Assembly (NCBI RefSeq): GCF_027000115.1
Contig: NZ_JALTON010000016.1
Coordinates: forward strand, 2,118-66,117
Direction: 5' to 3'
Source of the DNA: Thiohalobacter sp.
GTDB lineage: Bacteria; Pseudomonadota; Gammaproteobacteria; Thiohalobacterales; Thiohalobacteraceae
Length of the DNA stretch: 64,000 nucleotides
Shown here one piece after another: positions 9,161 through 18,042 of this stretch; positions within the stretch are counted from its first letter, which is position 1; every line of letters begins with the position of its first letter. A program made the translations under genes and the position numbers. The notes beneath the pieces are model-generated. The model searched no databases, was not told where the DNA came from, and saw nothing but the letters and a program-made list of their open reading frames with translations.

Positions 9161-10525
9161 TCACACGCGCGCCCGCCGGCGCCGCGCCACGCCCAGGAGC
9201 CCCACCAGGCCCGAGCCGAACAGCCAGACGGCCGCGGGCACCGGCACGGCGCTCAGGTCGGCGATCGCGACCAGGTTGCCGTTTTCGTCATAGTTGTAGG
9301 CGACCCCGTTGGCATCCGTGTTGGGCACATTGCTCAGATCGGAATAGACGCTGTAGTCCATGGCGTCGATCACGCGGATGCCGTCGGCGCGCATGATGAA
9401 GGCAAACCCCGGGAAAGAAGCATTCTGCCAGCTTCCACCCGCGGCCTCGCAACTGGTGCGGTCGGTGTAATCCAGCAACGATGAGAACTTGTACACACCC
9501 TCACCGCGCTGACCCGCCGCCCATTCGGCCGTCAGCACCCCGCACTTGCCTGCCACCGAAAGCACGTCGGCGCCATGGAAGGACACCAGGTTGTAGAAAT
9601 TGGCATCGGTCGGCGCCGTGCCACTGGCCAGCCCGGCCGCGACGGCATCCACGTCGTTCGGATTGGTATTGTTGACCACCGCGCGGGAACTGAATTGCTG
9701 CACATACCCTCCCGCCCCAGGGCTCACATTCACCGTGAACTCACCAAAGCTGGTCATCTTGAAGCCGCGCACGATCTCGGTGCTGAAGTAGGTATACTGG
9801 CCAGTGGTGAAGTTATAGGAGTAGACATCGAAGGCGAAGTCGAAGGTGACCATGCCGCCCATGGCCTCCTGGGCGGCGGGATTGGATGCCATCACCGAAC
9901 CGCACCAGCCGATGGCATCCGACAGCGCATAGGGCTGAAAGGCCAGGCCCGTGTTGTAGGTACCGTCGGGCGGCGCGTTGGGATCGAGCACGCCATCGGC
10001 TCCCAGCTCCTGCTGATAGGATAAGACATCGTAGAACTGGAAGGTCATGTCCTCCTGGCGGACGAGGTAGTCCCCGTCATAGTCGATCCGCATGTTGTTG
10101 AAGGTCGACCCGGGCTTGGTGGTGTAGCCCCACTTGTAGAAGTTGACCTGGGTGTCCAGATTGGCGTCGGTGAAGGTGTTGCTAGGCGCCCCGAAGTCAC
10201 TGTACAGGGTCTGCGGCCCGTCCGGCGTGAGCCCGTCCGCAGCCCGCGTCACCACGTGCTGGATCTGGCTGATGCCGCCGGCCGGGTCGGCATTGTTGCC
10301 CTCCGCCGGACCGCCGAACCCGCCGTTCAGGGGCGCGGTGTCGTTGTAGGTCCGCCCGCCCGGGCCGACATAGCCCCAGTCATCGAAGGTGATGGTACCG
10401 GTCGCGTTGTAGGTCGCGGCGTCGATGTTCTTGACCCACTGCTGCGCCACCGCGGATTGGGAACCCACCAGCAGGGCGACCGAAACCGCCACTGCCGTTC
10501 TTGAGATTGCAACTGGGCGAGCCAT
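9161..10525 (-). CDS. secreted protein of unknown function with exosortase-type C-terminal sorting tag
   Basis: Start at the ATG at 10525, with GGAGGA upstream. Signal peptide MARPVAISRTAVAVSVALLVGSQSAVA. C-terminus AVPVPAAVWLFGSGLVGLLGVARRRRARV. Confidence 0.8.
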   Translation of the reverse strand: MARPVAISRTAVAVSVALLVGSQSAVAQQWVKNIDAATYNATGTITFDDWGYVGPGGRTYNDTAPLNGGFGGPAEGNNADPAGGISQIQHVVTRAADGLTPDGPQTLYSDFGAPSNTFTDANLDTQVNFYKWGYTTKPGSTFNNMRIDYDGDYLVRQEDMTFQFYDVLSYQQELGADGVLDPNAPPDGTYNTGLAFQPYALSDAIGWCGSVMASNPAAQEAMGGMVTFDFAFDVYSYNFTTGQYTYFSTEIVRGFKMTSFGEFTVNVSPGAGGYVQQFSSRAVVNNTNPNDVDAVAAGLASGTAPTDANFYNLVSFHGADVLSVAGKCGVLTAEWAAGQRGEGVYKFSSLLDYTDRTSCEAAGGSWQNASFPGFAFIMRADGIRVIDAMDYSVYSDLSNVPNTDANGVAYNYDENGNLVAIADLSAVPVPAAVWLFGSGLVGLLGVARRRRARV

Positions 10526-10934
10526 GACTCCTCCTGAATAGTGTGTCTGTTGTGTTATGACTGCAATCGGGTTTCTTGCCATCCCGCCTTGATGCGGGCG
10601 CCAGCCCCTTAGCGACCGCCTGTGTCTTGTCGTTGTTTTTCCCTGTCGTCCGGTTTTCCGGGCGACAGCCGAGCAGCCCGGTACGCCGCACGCGACCACC
10701 CACCCCGCGCGAACTTCGGGCATTTCTTGTGCCCACAGGCAAGCAAGTTTTGATCCAGCATGCCCGCGGTTGCACCCCCTCCCGGATCTTTTTGCTGTAG
10801 AGTCCGCGACTTGCAACAAGAAAGCCCAAATCCCGGACACCGGCGACAAGGGACCCGGATGCCTGGATGTCAGGTCATCCGACACCCCGAAAACCGGCCG
10901 CAAGGCATCAACCCACTGTTGCAAAATGGTTTTT

Positions 10935-10986
10935 CAGCATGCATGCATGGCGTAAACAAAACCGACAGTTGCCGACATGCATGCTG
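10935..10986. promoter_or_regulatory. perfect 11-bp inverted repeat (CAGCATGCATG-N30-CATGCATGCTG) in the divergent intergenic region upstream of the YcaO gene
   Basis: Read directly: arms at 10935-10945 and 10976-10986. Lies 56 nt upstream of the 11042 start. The regulatory function is only a guess. Confidence 0.25.
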
Positions 10987-11041
10987 GTCGCGTGGCGGGT
11001 ATCATGGATAACCCGCTTGCAAATATGCAACACGAGATACC

Positions 11042-12673
11042 ATGTCTTCGTCTTCCGGCACAGCGCCTTTCGAACGACTGGGCAAGGCCTGCGTGCGTTT
11101 CCGCCTGAACCGGACCTACGTCACGGATGGCCGTTTCCTGTTCGTGCCGCCGGACGCCACCGACTTCTGTCCGCTCTGTTTCGAACGCCGCCACCGCGCC
11201 CAGTTTCCTGCCGCACCGGAACTGCACAGCCTCCCACCAGCCGCCCTCGAGCTGGCCAGACAATTCGACAAGGCCGCCAGGCACACGGACGAGTGGGTCG
11301 CCCAGGCACTGAAACCCGGCGCCGCCCGACAGAACTTCCGCCTGTTCGGATTCGAGGACTGCCCCCGCTGCCAGCCGCCACAAGCTGCCCTTTCACCGGC
11401 CGAGGCCGCCGAATACTACGAACTCAAACTCACCGGCCCCTCACCCGATTTCAACCCGGAAAACCTTTCCCGGCGTGTTTTCTCCTTCGGCTTTGCGCAC
11501 CGGGCAATGATGATGAACCGGTCCCGCCTGGACGACCCCCGCCTGACGAACCTCATCGCGGACGGTCATCATGCCCGGGTTCTGTACCGCATGGTGGTGC
11601 CGGACGGCCGTTTCACGGATGCCGCGACCACGGGTTACGACACCGACCCGGCACACGCGAGCCTCAAGGCGCTGATGGAGTACGCGGAGCGCTACGCCTT
11701 CAACCTCCATGTCACACCCGCCCGCGCCGAGCGGGCCGATCCGGAGCTGATCGACGGCTACATGCAACTCTACCGGCGCCCGCTTTCGGCGGCGGAAAAA
11801 AAACAGGCCGAGAACGAGGCCGTCTGGGGAGTCGACCTGTTGCGCGGTACACCCCGCGCCATCCCCCTGCCGTTCCTGTTCAGCTACCAGGCTTTCCGTG
11901 ACGTCAAGCCGACCAGCAGCGGTTATGGCGCCCACGGCAGCTTCGGGGATGCCGTGGCGTCCGGTATTGTGGAACTCGTCGAAAGGGATGCCTTCGTACG
12001 CTTCTGGCACGATCCGGGTCGTGCCCGTCTTCTGGAACTGCCACCGCCACAGGAACAGGCACTGACGTCGGTCGCGGCAGCCACTGCCGCCGCCGCCACC
12101 ATACCACCTCTCACCTCCCGGGCCTTCCTCATTCCCTCGCCCCTGCGGATCCCCGTGGTCCTGCTGGCCATATCCAGCGACCACCCGGAGCAGGGCCCTG
12201 CCCTGTTGTTCGGTTTCGGGGCGGGCTTGACCCTGGACGAGGCAGCGTACGGCGCACTGCGGGAACTCCGCCTGAATGCCATGAACCTGGTCCGTGCCCT
12301 GAAAATGATGCCGGACCTGCTGACGCAACACCCTCCGGCCAAGGTGGACGGTATTGCGCAACGCATGCAGCTCTACGCCTCGGCCGTCCCGCGCCCGCAT
12401 CTGCGCTTCCTCGACGAAGCCGATATGGCCCAGGCGGATGACTGCACGAGCTGCCCGCCTGATCTCGATGCCCTGCTCGACCGTTTCCGGAATGCGGAAA
12501 TCGACATCCACGCCGTTGACTGCACGCCGGAATGCCTGGCCGATCTCGGTGTGCATGTGGTCCGCGCCTTCTCGACCGGACTCTATCCGCTACAGTTCGA
12601 GCGCGAGGATACACTGAGCTTACCTCGAAGCGATGGGTACGCGGGAAAACACCTCTCACACTTCTTCCTGTAG
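11042..12673 (+). CDS. stand-alone YcaO-domain protein (ATP-dependent backbone amide-activating enzyme family)
   Basis: 543 aa. YcaO-like core: ...DPAHASLKALMEYAERYAF...SSGYGAHGSFGDAVASGIVELVERDAFVRFWH...GFGAGLTLDEAAYGALREL. The N-terminal region has CPLC and CPRC pairs. Confidence 0.8.
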   Translation: MSSSSGTAPFERLGKACVRFRLNRTYVTDGRFLFVPPDATDFCPLCFERRHRAQFPAAPELHSLPPAALELARQFDKAARHTDEWVAQALKPGAARQNFRLFGFEDCPRCQPPQAALSPAEAAEYYELKLTGPSPDFNPENLSRRVFSFGFAHRAMMMNRSRLDDPRLTNLIADGHHARVLYRMVVPDGRFTDAATTGYDTDPAHASLKALMEYAERYAFNLHVTPARAERADPELIDGYMQLYRRPLSAAEKKQAENEAVWGVDLLRGTPRAIPLPFLFSYQAFRDVKPTSSGYGAHGSFGDAVASGIVELVERDAFVRFWHDPGRARLLELPPPQEQALTSVAAATAAAATIPPLTSRAFLIPSPLRIPVVLLAISSDHPEQGPALLFGFGAGLTLDEAAYGALRELRLNAMNLVRALKMMPDLLTQHPPAKVDGIAQRMQLYASAVPRPHLRFLDEADMAQADDCTSCPPDLDALLDRFRNAEIDIHAVDCTPECLADLGVHVVRAFSTGLYPLQFEREDTLSLPRSDGYAGKHLSHFFL

Positions 12674-12895
12674 CATAAGGACAAGGTGATATCCCTAATG
12701 ACAGTGCCCCTCGCCCCAGTACGCGAATGGCCGTCGACCAAACCAACGAGGGGTTACTTGGGGTTTTATTTCCCGGGAAATGCCGCCATGTGGAGCCACC
12801 GTCCAACACCACCTGGCACGGATCCATGGGCAGGCACCCAGACCGCGTACGGGACCTTTCAGGCCACAAACCGACAACTTCCTTGAGTCTCACAC

Positions 12896-14011
12896 ATGCT
12901 GTCACCAGAAAGAAATTTCATGCTATCCGGAGGTGCCCTGAAAACCGCGCTTGCCTCGGAGCTGGACGGCCTAAGAAGGGCTGCAAAACGCCCTGATTAC
13001 CGCTCAAATCTGGCTTTGTTGGAAACGTACATCGATGACATGGACAGTGTCGCTCAGGGAGCACCCTTCTCCCGACTCGATGGCATGCCAAGAAACACCC
13101 GTATCATCGACTTTCCTAAGGCGCAGCCCAAGATCAAGTCGCGCCTGTTTTTTTCACATATCGCCGCCTGTATCGTTCTTCTGGAACACCACACTCTTAG
13201 CCCAGAGGAACTACGAGTGGGCATAACAAATCACAAGGCCAATCAAATACTGGACTTGGCAGAACGAAACCCGGAAGTCCGTCGCAACCTGATGCAAAGA
13301 CTCACGGGCATGGATGCTGTTCGAACCAACATGCTCCTGCGGGCCTTGGGCCTCATTACCCGAAAGCCTTCAGCAATACGTCAATTGGGTCTTGGCGTGG
13401 CGAGCGGGGCCAAGGATATCCGTTTTTTTCATTTGTACCCGATACTGGCACGGCAAGCCACCTCCGAGGACCATTACCTGTACACGCTGAACACCATTCA
13501 TCAGGCTGCGCACGACATTGTCATCAATGACCTAGACCCTCGACATGAGGCCGCATTCAAGAATTACGAAAAACTAGGAAGCCCCGCCGTCAAAGGCTAC
13601 ATCTGTGATACGCAAGAGGCCCTCGTAAGACTGGCGGAAGACGATATACCCAAGAGAAACCTGGTAACCATGCTGCGCATGGAACCTGCCATGATAAGAG
13701 ACAGCCGCGAGTTTCTCCGGCACTTATCAAGAACCATCGAGCGTGACTGTGATTTCGTTTTTACGATAGGATCCGGCGACAATCCCGATGCTTACAGGCA
13801 CCGCGTTCGTCGCATCAGCGACCTGTTCGAGAAATTCGATGCAGCGGGCCTCGACCCGGTCCTCATTCGGCTTCACAAAGGCGGCACCATCATGCAACAA
13901 GCGCGCTCCCTCCAGTTCGGCAGTGGCGCTGCCGCAAGCTATGAAATACTGTACTGCCGGCTTGACCCAGAGAAGTTGACGGAATTACTAGTCCGCGACC
14001 AGAAGAAATGA
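12896..14011 (+). CDS. hypothetical protein (no family recognised), lower-GC gene
   Basis: 371-aa ORF in the low-GC insert with coherent codon usage. No motifs recognised. The start is uncertain (alternative Met at 12923). Confidence 0.5.
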   Translation: MLSPERNFMLSGGALKTALASELDGLRRAAKRPDYRSNLALLETYIDDMDSVAQGAPFSRLDGMPRNTRIIDFPKAQPKIKSRLFFSHIAACIVLLEHHTLSPEELRVGITNHKANQILDLAERNPEVRRNLMQRLTGMDAVRTNMLLRALGLITRKPSAIRQLGLGVASGAKDIRFFHLYPILARQATSEDHYLYTLNTIHQAAHDIVINDLDPRHEAAFKNYEKLGSPAVKGYICDTQEALVRLAEDDIPKRNLVTMLRMEPAMIRDSREFLRHLSRTIERDCDFVFTIGSGDNPDAYRHRVRRISDLFEKFDAAGLDPVLIRLHKGGTIMQQARSLQFGSGAAASYEILYCRLDPEKLTELLVRDQKK

Positions 14012-14067
14012 CAGAATCGCTCCCTGCGCAAACAGGGGCATAACACACCTCCCATAGTCAAGATACC

Positions 14068-15930
14068 ATGACCAACAAGCCGATCAGCCACAAGTCGATC
14101 CTTGAACTTATTAACAAAGGCAAACCTCAAAAGGCACTACATCAATGCGAGACTCTGCTACGTCGCTCGAAACATGATCCGAATCTCCATATCATGGCGG
14201 GTTCCCTGAACGCCCAACTGGGCGCATTCTCTGCGGCAATCGACCATTTTCTCGAGGCCAACAGACATCAGCCAAACAACCCCAATACGATCAATAGCCT
14301 GGGAATGGCTTATGCTGCCGACGGGCAGTTCCAGGACGCCGAAACCTGGTTCAGAAAAGCGCTGGAACTTCAGCCCGGGAAACCGGAGATCATGAAAAAC
14401 CTCGCATTCACGCTGGTCAAGCAAGGAAAAACCGGCGAGGCGGAAGCGTTACTGAAGGAAACACTGAAGCTCGCGCCCAACTCGGCAGACGCGCTGCAGC
14501 TTCTGGGTGACATACAACTCGCAGAACGGCTCTATGCGCTGGCCATCGACTCCTACAGTCGCGCCCTGAATTTATACCCAACGCGCCCCCAGCTTCTTTT
14601 ACAGCGCGCAAAGGCACAAATGCTTGCCGGGAAGATCGGCCCGGCGATAGTTGATCTCAAGAAAGCCACTGATATCGACCCCAATTACGCTCAGGCTTAC
14701 ATCACTCTGGGCCACGCCTACATTTCCAACGGGGACCCTGATAATGCGCGCCAGGCATTCGAGAAAGCACTGAACACCCAACCGAATAACCTCGACGCGC
14801 TCCTTGGTATCATCACGCTAGATGAACGCGCAGGAAATCTCGATGCGGCATTCCGAAACCTCCTCCCCCTCACGAAAACCATCAAAAACAATTTGGAACT
14901 GGGCGACATATACGTCCGTCTATGCCACCATTTCGACGCGTGCGAGAAAGCCATCGAATATGCACTCCAAGCTCTGGCTCAGCATGAAGACCTACCCAAA
15001 ATGAAAGGCCAACTCCACTTTTCCCTTGGCCGACACTTTGACCGAATCGGAAATTATGATGCCGCGTTCGAACACTACCAGAGCGCGAACTCGCTCCGCC
15101 CTCAGAACTATGACCCGGAAGAGCACGCCAACCTGGTCAATTCACTGATCACCATATTCAGCCAGGACTTCATTGCATCCGCGCCACGCTCGACCCTATC
15201 CTCGCAGAAGCCTGTATTCGTAGTGGGAATGCCGCGAAGCGGGACGACTCTCACTGAACAGATTCTAGCGAGCCACCCTGATATTTATGGAGTCGGAGAA
15301 CTTACTGATATCGGAGACTTGATCCAATCGATCGCCGTCCTCGGAAAATCCGGCCTAGAGTACCCTTTCAGCCTAAAAGATATTACCAACGAGATCCTGG
15401 ACTTCATCGCCAACAATTACCTTGCGCGACTGCATGAAGTGGCGCCCGACGCGCCGCGGGTTATCGACAAATACCCGGGAAACTACCTGCATCTGGGATT
15501 GATCGCGCTCGCATTTCCTGGCGCCCGGGTCATTCACTGCCGTCGCGACCCACGCGACACCTGCCTGTCCATATACTTCCAGGACTTCAGCGAACAGTTC
15601 CAGTATGCGAACAACCTTGAACACGCGGGACTACATTACAGGCAGTACAACAAACTCATGGAACACTACCGACAGACTCTCGATATCCCAATACTGGAAG
15701 TGTATTATGAGAAGTTGGTAACCAGCCCGGAGCCAACGATCCGAGAAATGATCGAGTTCCTGGAATTGGAATGGAACGACAGTTGCCTGGAGTTCCACAA
15801 AACCCAGCGATTTATAGCGACCCCAAGTTATGACCAAGTCCGCAAACCACTCTACTCGGATTCCATCGGACGTTGGGAGCATTACGAGAAATACATTTCA
15901 CCGTTACTGAATGCGTTGAACATGAAGTAA
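14068..15930 (+). CDS. TPR repeat-containing sulfotransferase (paralog 1, lower-GC copy)
   Basis: 620 aa. N-terminal TPR array. C-terminal PAPS-binding motifs: PVFVVGMPRSGTTLTEQILASHP (5-prime PSB), IHCRRDPRDTCLSIYFQDF, TPSYDQVRKPLYSDSIGRWEHY. Confidence 0.85.
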   Translation: MTNKPISHKSILELINKGKPQKALHQCETLLRRSKHDPNLHIMAGSLNAQLGAFSAAIDHFLEANRHQPNNPNTINSLGMAYAADGQFQDAETWFRKALELQPGKPEIMKNLAFTLVKQGKTGEAEALLKETLKLAPNSADALQLLGDIQLAERLYALAIDSYSRALNLYPTRPQLLLQRAKAQMLAGKIGPAIVDLKKATDIDPNYAQAYITLGHAYISNGDPDNARQAFEKALNTQPNNLDALLGIITLDERAGNLDAAFRNLLPLTKTIKNNLELGDIYVRLCHHFDACEKAIEYALQALAQHEDLPKMKGQLHFSLGRHFDRIGNYDAAFEHYQSANSLRPQNYDPEEHANLVNSLITIFSQDFIASAPRSTLSSQKPVFVVGMPRSGTTLTEQILASHPDIYGVGELTDIGDLIQSIAVLGKSGLEYPFSLKDITNEILDFIANNYLARLHEVAPDAPRVIDKYPGNYLHLGLIALAFPGARVIHCRRDPRDTCLSIYFQDFSEQFQYANNLEHAGLHYRQYNKLMEHYRQTLDIPILEVYYEKLVTSPEPTIREMIEFLELEWNDSCLEFHKTQRFIATPSYDQVRKPLYSDSIGRWEHYEKYISPLLNALNMK

Positions 15931-16061
15931 TGCAGAGGAGCAACGGCCGAACGGCGTGGTCAGAGACGCAACTCGATGGCTATCTTGCAATCGACAACCG
16001 CTGAACCCGCAGGACAAACGTCCAACAGTCCCGACACCATCCAGCCTCGGTTATGCTGACG

Positions 16062-17060
16062 CTAGCCGCCTTTCAATTGCTGACTACTTACATAGGCAAT
16101 CGCCTCATCAATACGCCCGGCATCAAAATCGGACAAATCCGGATCCTCAGCCAACATGTTGAGCAGTTTCAGACAGCCTTCCCGAAGACCCACCACATGA
16201 CTAAACTTGGCAAGCACCAAGGCAGCCTCCACATGCGGTCTTTGTCGCTCCAATGATGGCTTGATGAGCTCGAACGCCTTCTGCAAATCACCTTGCGCAT
16301 AAAACACGTCGGCCCGCTGAATCCGATACTTCTCATTATCCGAGTCCCGCGCCAAGGCCTTTTCAATGGCCATCAATGCCTCTTCGTTCAGCCCCCAGGC
16401 AACAAATACTTTCGAGGCGAAATACTGGATTTCCGCAATATCCACTCGCGATACGATATCTTTAAGCAGCAGGACACCGTCATCATCCAAATCCTTTTGC
16501 TGCAGACAAAGACACCAGCCGATGATCAAGCTCTCATCACGGTTGCCCAGCACCAGCGCCTTGCGGTAAGCATCTTCGGCGGAAGCAACATCGCCGGTCC
16601 TGGCATAAAGATACCCCAGGTAACCCCACACATCCGGCTGACCATCATCAAGCGCGACCGCCCGCCTAAAGGCCTCCAGCGCCTCCTCCTCGCGCCCCGA
16701 TCTCAGCAATGCTTCCCCATGGGCACAGACTGCCCCGATATCCTCCGCATCAAGCTCCACGGCTTTGGAAAAGTGTTCCACGGCCTCGGCCAGATTACCA
16801 AGGGCCGAGCTAATCTGCCCAAGCACCATATACAAATCGGGATTATTTGGATCCAGACTTCTGGATTTCTCGATAAAATTCATCCCATCGGATACATGAC
16901 CCAGCTCGACCGCCAGTGACCCGCGCATCAACCAGGCCTCGGCGCAGTCAGGAACATCCTCGGTAATCTTCTGGTAGGCATTCAGGGCACCTGGCAGATC
17001 ACCCTGATCGCATAAAGTCGATGCTTCCGCGAGCTTCGTCGCCAAATCGATCATAACCAA
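16062..17060 (-). CDS. TPR repeat protein
   Basis: 332 aa of consecutive 34-residue TPR-like units (...AEAWLMRGSLAVELGH..., ...PDLYMVLGQISSALGNLAEAVEHFSKAVELD...). Confidence 0.8.
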   Translation of the reverse strand: MVMIDLATKLAEASTLCDQGDLPGALNAYQKITEDVPDCAEAWLMRGSLAVELGHVSDGMNFIEKSRSLDPNNPDLYMVLGQISSALGNLAEAVEHFSKAVELDAEDIGAVCAHGEALLRSGREEEALEAFRRAVALDDGQPDVWGYLGYLYARTGDVASAEDAYRKALVLGNRDESLIIGWCLCLQQKDLDDDGVLLLKDIVSRVDIAEIQYFASKVFVAWGLNEEALMAIEKALARDSDNEKYRIQRADVFYAQGDLQKAFELIKPSLERQRPHVEAALVLAKFSHVVGLREGCLKLLNMLAEDPDLSDFDAGRIDEAIAYVSSQQLKGG

Positions 17061-17379
17061 CCTATCTATCTGTTAACCTTGATCCAACACATTTTCCAGC
17101 AAGGAAATGAACACAACCCCTCCCGGCTCCACGAAGGCCGTGACCACCGGCAACACGACCATTCGGGGCAAATATCTATACTTCGGCACCATCAGCCACA
17201 ACCATCCGGATGCCGCCGCCGGCACCAGACCCCGCTGTTGCCTTGGTGCAATAGGCGAGTTGGCTGCTCGCCAGGATTTCACAGTTAGCCCAGAACGCTG
17301 GCTTTGCCAAGCAAAAAAACCGGATAACGGCACCTTACAACGTCCCAACGGGAAAGAGCGCGAGGAATACGGCGGCAGC

Positions 17380-18042
17380 CTATATGTCCAGGGAAAAGTT
17401 CTCTTTCTCAATCTTTGTCAGATACCAGCCAGTTATCGACAACCGTTTGTGGGGGGTCTCGCACCGCACCGCTTCAACCCAGTGGTGGCTGCTTGGCCGC
17501 ACATTAAACAATACCAGTTTATTGAAAGATGGGGTAATGACCATCCGCGGCGACTTCCAAACCAAGTTACCACCCCAGGCCGCCTCCCAGTCGGTCGACA
17601 AGTAGTAATTGAATGTAAGCGCCCGCCTGTAAACGTTCTCGCCATCAGTGAATACATGGTCATCATTATGCTCACTGATGCCGTCGCCCTGGTGAAACAC
17701 TGCCGCCGAGCCAATGAAGCGATCGAGCTTCTGCCCACTCGCGTATGAAAACCACTCGCGCGTTTCCGGCGCCATCAAATAGCGGAACAAGGACTTTAGG
17801 GCAGCAGGCGCATCTTCGCTGGCAATATTGATGCTGTCCCTAGTGACCTCGAACCGCCCCGGCTGGTACCCGAGCTTCCCCCAGGTACTCCCGTCTTCTC
17901 GAACCCACTCCCCACTCTTCAACAATTCCGACTGCAACTCTTTCGCAACTTCCGCATCAAGAGCATCCTCGAGCACAACAACCGGCCCTTTAAGTTTCTC
18001 CTTCAGATCCTCCCTGGAAGACAGCACTTCATTACTGAGCAT
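17380..18042 (-). CDS. 2OG-Fe(II) oxygenase superfamily protein (prolyl/lysyl hydroxylase-like)
   Basis: 220 aa. HxD in ISEHNDDH, distal His in RPSSHHWVEAV, RxS in KRLSITGWY. This is the classic 2-His-1-carboxylate plus 2OG-binding Arg arrangement. Confidence 0.72.
   Translation of the reverse strand: MLSNEVLSSREDLKEKLKGPVVVLEDALDAEVAKELQSELLKSGEWVREDGSTWGKLGYQPGRFEVTRDSINIASEDAPAALKSLFRYLMAPETREWFSYASGQKLDRFIGSAAVFHQGDGISEHNDDHVFTDGENVYRRALTFNYYLSTDWEAAWGGNLVWKSPRMVITPSFNKLVLFNVRPSSHHWVEAVRCETPHKRLSITGWYLTKIEKENFSLDI

Noticed and set aside
9161-10924. N-terminally extended versions of ORFs as listed in the track (9161..10924, 5770..8007, 7916..9139, 43779..45686, 23382..25523, 3376..4101, 4124..4768, 29740..31230, 37215..38096, 34925..36730).
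   Set aside because: The extensions are Arg/Gly-rich, overlap neighbouring genes or intergenic repeats, and precede an internal Met that has a Shine-Dalgarno-like sequence and a proper signal peptide or conserved N-terminus. The shorter starts were used.
10770-10955. 61-aa ORF upstream of YcaO with a Cys-containing C-terminus (…STHCCKMVFQHACMA) as a possible azoline-type precursor.
   Set aside because: It would have to start at TTG with no Shine-Dalgarno-like sequence. It overlaps other open frames and its 3-prime end coincides with the CAGCATGCATG palindrome. It is more likely non-coding control DNA.
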